Assembly: GCF_009914755.1 (NCBI RefSeq)
Contig: NC_060929.1
Direction: 5' to 3' (one strand)
DNA from: the human T2T-CHM13v2.0 reference genome, Homo sapiens
DNA: 64,000 bases
Both the position numbers and the translations under genes were made by a program. Under the pieces are notes generated by a model that was not told the DNA's origin, searched no databases, and saw nothing but the letters and a program-made list of their open reading frames with translations. Of this stretch, positions 58,975-64,000 are shown piece by piece (position 1 is the first letter of the stretch; every line of letters begins with the position of its first letter).

Positions 58975-61104
58975 GATTCAACAGCTCTTTCATTTGGAGT
59001 ATGTGTCACATTACAGTAACTATATTATATATATATCTATATGCAGATTCAACAACCCTTTCATTCTGAGTGTGTGTAACATTACAGTAAAATTCCAAAC
59101 TTTACAAAATTTTCTCTAATTGATTTAGTGCTTTGAACAAATGCAAGTTAAGTGGTTCCAATGGCTGGCATTTTCTCTATATTTATCAATAAAGTAATTG
59201 CTTCAGCTCAAACCTGTAATTTAAAAGCTTAAATTGATTAAGCAGGGTTGCCCTTCCTGAACATTTTTTTGGTCACCTTTCTGAGGCACATTTGTATCTA
59301 ATAGATACTGATCTGAGGGTTTCTTTTACTTTCATTGGGTTGTTTTCCTTAATATTATAAAAAGATCTATTGTCTCAAATGGTCCATATTGAAAAGTGAT
59401 TTGGGTTTATATAGAATTCTTATTCTTATGGTTAGAATTCTGTACCTTTTTGATGTTAGGGAAAGAGGTCTGCAGTTAGGTGACAACCAAATACCAAATA
59501 TCAAACATGGAATATAGTAATGTCAGGTACCACAGCCCTAAGATCCTGGCTTGACTCTAGACCAAACCTTGCTGACCTAGAGGCCGAATGGCCACACTCT
59601 CTTTTCAGAGTCATCCAAGGCTAGCATGCAGATGAAGGCTAACAGAACAGAGGGGAAACTGATTCTCCAAATCCAAGATTCTGTGTGGCTCTGAACACAG
59701 AATGCACACCTTGTCTTAAAACAAATCACTTAAGAAACCTGTCAGGGAAAGTGTAATCCCAGTCTGGTCCCCACTGGTGATGAGAATACACTGCACTTCT
59801 TCCCATACCCCCATCTCATCCTGACCACCAGATTCCAAAATCAGAAACTATTCTGGTGTTTAAAGTGGCACATTTACCAAAATGATAAATAAAATGTGAA
59901 CATTTAAGATATTAATGATGCTTTAAAACTATACATATCACCTTTTCCCCCAGTATTCAGCTTATAACTCATAAAACAATCTGCTTTCCTTACCAACCCA
60001 TAGATATCCCTCTGCTTTTCCTCCTTTAATTCCCTGTCACTGTTTCCCTCAAACCATTTGAACACTCCCTTTTCTCATGTCTGTCTCCCAAAGGTGAGGT
60101 CCCAGTCATCTCGCCTCAAGCCAAACGATCTCTGAGATGTTCCAAAATGTTCAGTTCAGCTTGCCTTGTGTTACTTTCTGAAAGAAGTCCCTAGTCAGTT
60201 GCAGGAAGAAAGTTCCTGGCAGTTGCCTCCTTTTGTTTTCCACCATCTGTTTTATTCTGTACCCTCCTGATCTTGCTTTCTTCCCAGCAATTTGTGCATT
60301 TCAGTCACTGAATTTCATGAGATAAAGCTGCCTAGGTGACCACCCTCCTCCCCCAACAACACCGTGAGAACTATTCTAGAAGAATAAATGTAACACTCAG
60401 ACTTCCAAGTGAGACATGAAAGGAGGATTTGAGCCGAATTATTTTTGTAGAAGCACAATGTGGGGCATTTGCTTAAGGAGCAATACCAGACTCTCTGTGC
60501 CTTGTCTCTCTTCCCCATATTTTACCCTTTTGAGTTTCTTTGGAGAAGGCTGGCTCTGGGATATGCACAGAGCCTTATACACTAGGTTCTAAGACTCCTC
60601 AACTTAAATAATAGCCACTTACCACTACTCCTCTCCTTCGAATCCCACGGGATGGAGTTCCACTGTCCTGCAGCTCTCTTTCTTCTGTCTGTCGACAGCT
60701 TTCTTTTTAGTGTATAGATCCTTTCATTCACCATCTTCTGGCTTCCCATTTGTCTGAAGTCAAGTTCCTGTAAGCACCATTTAAGAACTTCCTAGGTACT
60801 GCAAGTTATTTTAGCTAGTCTTCTAAAATAGCATCTGGTAATTCAAATGATACTGTGCTACAAGATGAAAATATGAACTTCATTTTATTGTGGATACAAA
60901 TATGAGCAAAAATGCTTATGGGTGTGGGTCAAGAATATACTCATGGAAAGTTAATACCTTTATTACAACAAAGAACTTTTTTATAATAACTTAGAAGTCA
61001 TTCAAAAGTAATCTAAGAACAGATTTATTTTAGAAACTAATTACACTGTGACATCTGGACTGCACAGATCAATCAGCAATATTAGAAAGAAGTGTTGAAA
61101 GAGA

Positions 61105-61812
61105 ATGAGATTTTCGGTCAGAAGATTAAGGCCCAAATCCTGTCTCTGCTGCTTTCTAGCTTTATGACCTTGAGTAAGTTTCTTAACTTTTGAAGTGTAT
61201 GCACATAATACCTTTCATAATAGAATAGTTGTGTTCCCATTGTTTCCATGCCTTTCTATATCCACTCTCCTTGACTTTTCAGTTCCTCTCATTAAGAATA
61301 GAGACTATTTCCTCATTCCTTGAAACTGGGCCAAGAAAATGCTTCAGAAGTAGTTGCGTGCCAGTGCCAAGAGTGAGCCATGAGAGGATTCACATGCCTC
61401 CACTCACTCATTTGGCACCTGCTTGAAACTAGCTAGGGTTAGCCTGCTGGAGAGGCAATATCCACTCTTGTGTGCCCAGGTGACCAAACTCTACACCTAT
61501 GAATGAGGCCACCCTAGACTAGTAAGTCCTAGAAATCTGCCAACTTACCGCAGACTCGTTAGCAAGCCCATTTATGATCACCTGAGCCTGGTCCAGACCA
61601 CAGTTACCCAACCAAGACAAAGACTTGTGAGTTAAACAAATTATTGTTTCAAGCCACTCAGTTTCAGGGCAGTTAGTCATACAGTTATAGCAAACTGATA
61701 CAGGTACTACATAGGTTGTTGTGAAGATTAAATGAAAAAAATATGTAATGCACTTACTGCAGTGCCTAACATATAGTAGATTCTTAATGGATTGTTGCTA
61801 CTTTTATTATCA
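61105..61812 (+). mobile_element. MIR split by an MLT1 LTR
   Basis: tgaccttgagtaagtttcttaac, resuming at ataggttgttgtgaagattaaatga. Confidence 0.7.
61230..61701 (+). mobile_element. MLT1G/H-like LTR
   Basis: ttccttgaaactgggcc...tagcctgctggag...ttcaagccactcagtttc...atagcaaactgataca. Confidence 0.7.
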
Positions 61813-61892
61813 TCATACCAAAATGATCTGTTTTTATGTTAATGAAGTAATAGTTCATGACAGTGCTTTTTCTAATATTTCTTTCTGAAGGC

Positions 61893-62390
61893 TGTATTAG
61901 TCAGGATATAAATGACAAATACAAATCAACTTAAATTTTAAAAGGAGTGGTTCATTAGCACTGATGTCAGACAGACTGAGATCCAGACCTCAATATCACC
62001 ATTTCTCCCCTATCTTCCCTGTCTCTCTTTGTGTTGGCCTCATTCTTACTATTGCAGACAGGCTTTCTCTACAAGAGATAAAGTCAGCCATCCTCAGCTA
62101 TTCTTCTAGTGCCAGGAACATAGAAGCAACAGCAATTTTCCCTATTGACTCCAATATAGAAAAGTCCCAGACAAGGGCTCCAATTGGCCCAGCTTGAGTC
62201 ACGTGTTAATACCTGAACCAACCACAGCAGCCAAGGAGGTGGGGCTCTCTGTCCACATCACTTCATGTGCTGACCCTGTATAAACAGGGAGAAAGCAGAG
62301 TCTGCACTGAAGACATAGAAAAGAAGGGGGAAATGTGCTCAGTTGCCAAAGACAATACTACCAGAAGCCTGGAATAATAAATTATGCTAT
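61893..62390 (-). mobile_element. Old MLT1 (J/K-like) LTR
   Basis: tgtattagtcagga...attggccccagcttgagtcacgtg...cctgaaccaaccacagcagcc. Confidence 0.6.
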
Positions 62391-62711
62391 GGCCACCCTC
62401 CAATTCACCCCTTATTATCACTGGACTGGATCTTTGGACTTGAAGCCTATAGTCCACTAAGGCAGAAAATAAACTGCCCTCAGAAACAGAATTCAGGGCT
62501 CTGTGCCTACTTTTCTCCCTATAATCATTCCTTAAAATTATTTTAACCACCCTGATATGGAGCAGCCCTGGGAATATGAGGGAAATCAACCCAATAGATA
62601 TGTACTTTTAAGGAAAAGCATTTTATTATACTTAACTTCCCATTCTTTTACCAACATACAAATATTCTTATTGCACTCTCATAGAGCTTTTGGTGTTCTA
62701 GACACTGAGAT

Positions 62712-63002
62712 TTTATTTTATTTATTTTGAGACAGTGTCTCACCCTGTTGTCCAGACTGGAGTACAGTGGTGCAATCACGGCTCACTGCAACCTTGACCT
62801 CCCAGGGCTTAGATGATCCTCCCACCTCAGTTTCCCAAGTAGCTGGGACTACAGGTGTGTGCCACCACACTCAGCTAATTTTTTGTAGAGATGAGTTTTG
62901 CCAAGTTGCCCAGGCTGGTCTTGAACTCCTGGGCCCAAGCAATCTGCCAGCCTCAACTTCTTAAACTGATGGGATTACAAGTATGAGCCACCGCGCCTGG
63001 TC
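62712..63002 (-). mobile_element. AluJ
   Basis: gcaatcacggctcactgcaaccttgacctcccagggc, J-type reverse Alu. Confidence 0.9.
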
Positions 63003-63411
63003 TTGGTTGGATACAGAGATTTTAGAGGCTTTACTGGCCATGGCTGAATTTACACCTAATCCTCAAAGATGATATCTTTTGTGAGCTGGATCGTAGGATT
63101 GTAGAGATAGAAGAAAACCTAGAGGTCATTTATATCTAAATTGGGTGAAAGTAGCAATGACATCCCAGGTGATAGACATTGGGGCCATGGGTGTTGCAAT
63201 TGTTGCTACTGCTGTTATAGTTGAATGTGTGACATAAATGTCACATGTATGAATATGTAATCTTGTGCCCATGCCCCACTTGAGGTTATAGCACCTAGAA
63301 TTGAAAAGAGGGTAGTCCAGCCTGCAGGAGAAGAGGGAGGGGATCCCCTCACTCCTTTGCCATGCCACACTTTTTAATCAATGAAACCTAAGTTAACATT
63401 AACTTTGTTTA

Positions 63412-63747
<336 letters not shown>

Positions 63748-64000
63748 TTATGTAAAATCTCTTCTGCACCACCATTTTAGAGATCTTACTTGAAGTGCTG
63801 ACTTGTCAATGACAGAGATACTGAAGAAACTGCTAAATGAATGCTATTTGAGATGGAGATTTTGTATTTTTATGAATCAAAATAAATAAATAAAAATAAG
63901 TTAACTCTGCTGACAGCCATTGTACACAACTGATTTATACTATCTTCACTGCCAACTACATTTCCTGTCTTCTTCAGATTTGTCACAGCTACTTATCCTG

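Overview
This is AT-rich, CpG-poor primate nuclear DNA, probably human or great ape given the AluY/AluS/AluJ and young L1PA elements. It looks intergenic or deep-intronic. I recognise no host protein-coding gene, RNA gene or CRISPR array. The protein-like ORFs in the track are L1 ORF1/ORF2, Tigger4 transposase, Alu or microsatellite read-throughs; the rest look like chance ORFs. Most of the window is transposable-element debris: a near-full-length L1MA2-like LINE (6.6-14.0 kb), a 2.8 kb L1PA2/3-like RT remnant, a TIR-to-TIR Tigger4/Zombi element, ERVL/LTR16/LTR47/MLT1 LTRs, 11 Alus, and MIR/L2/Charlie/MER20 fragments. Subfamily names are recalled from consensus sequences and need RepeatMasker/Dfam confirmation. 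The least explained part is 45.8-49.2 kb. There an old MLT1-type LTR appears split by about 2.3 kb of unrecognised sequence. That stretch holds a 24-bp direct repeat, exon-like splice signals, and a 114-bp segment re-copied in inverted orientation between 25-bp inverted repeats. An MLT1B LTR at 42.9-43.3 kb has kept unusually many CpGs. I cannot support a new biological system from sequence alone; these are leads.
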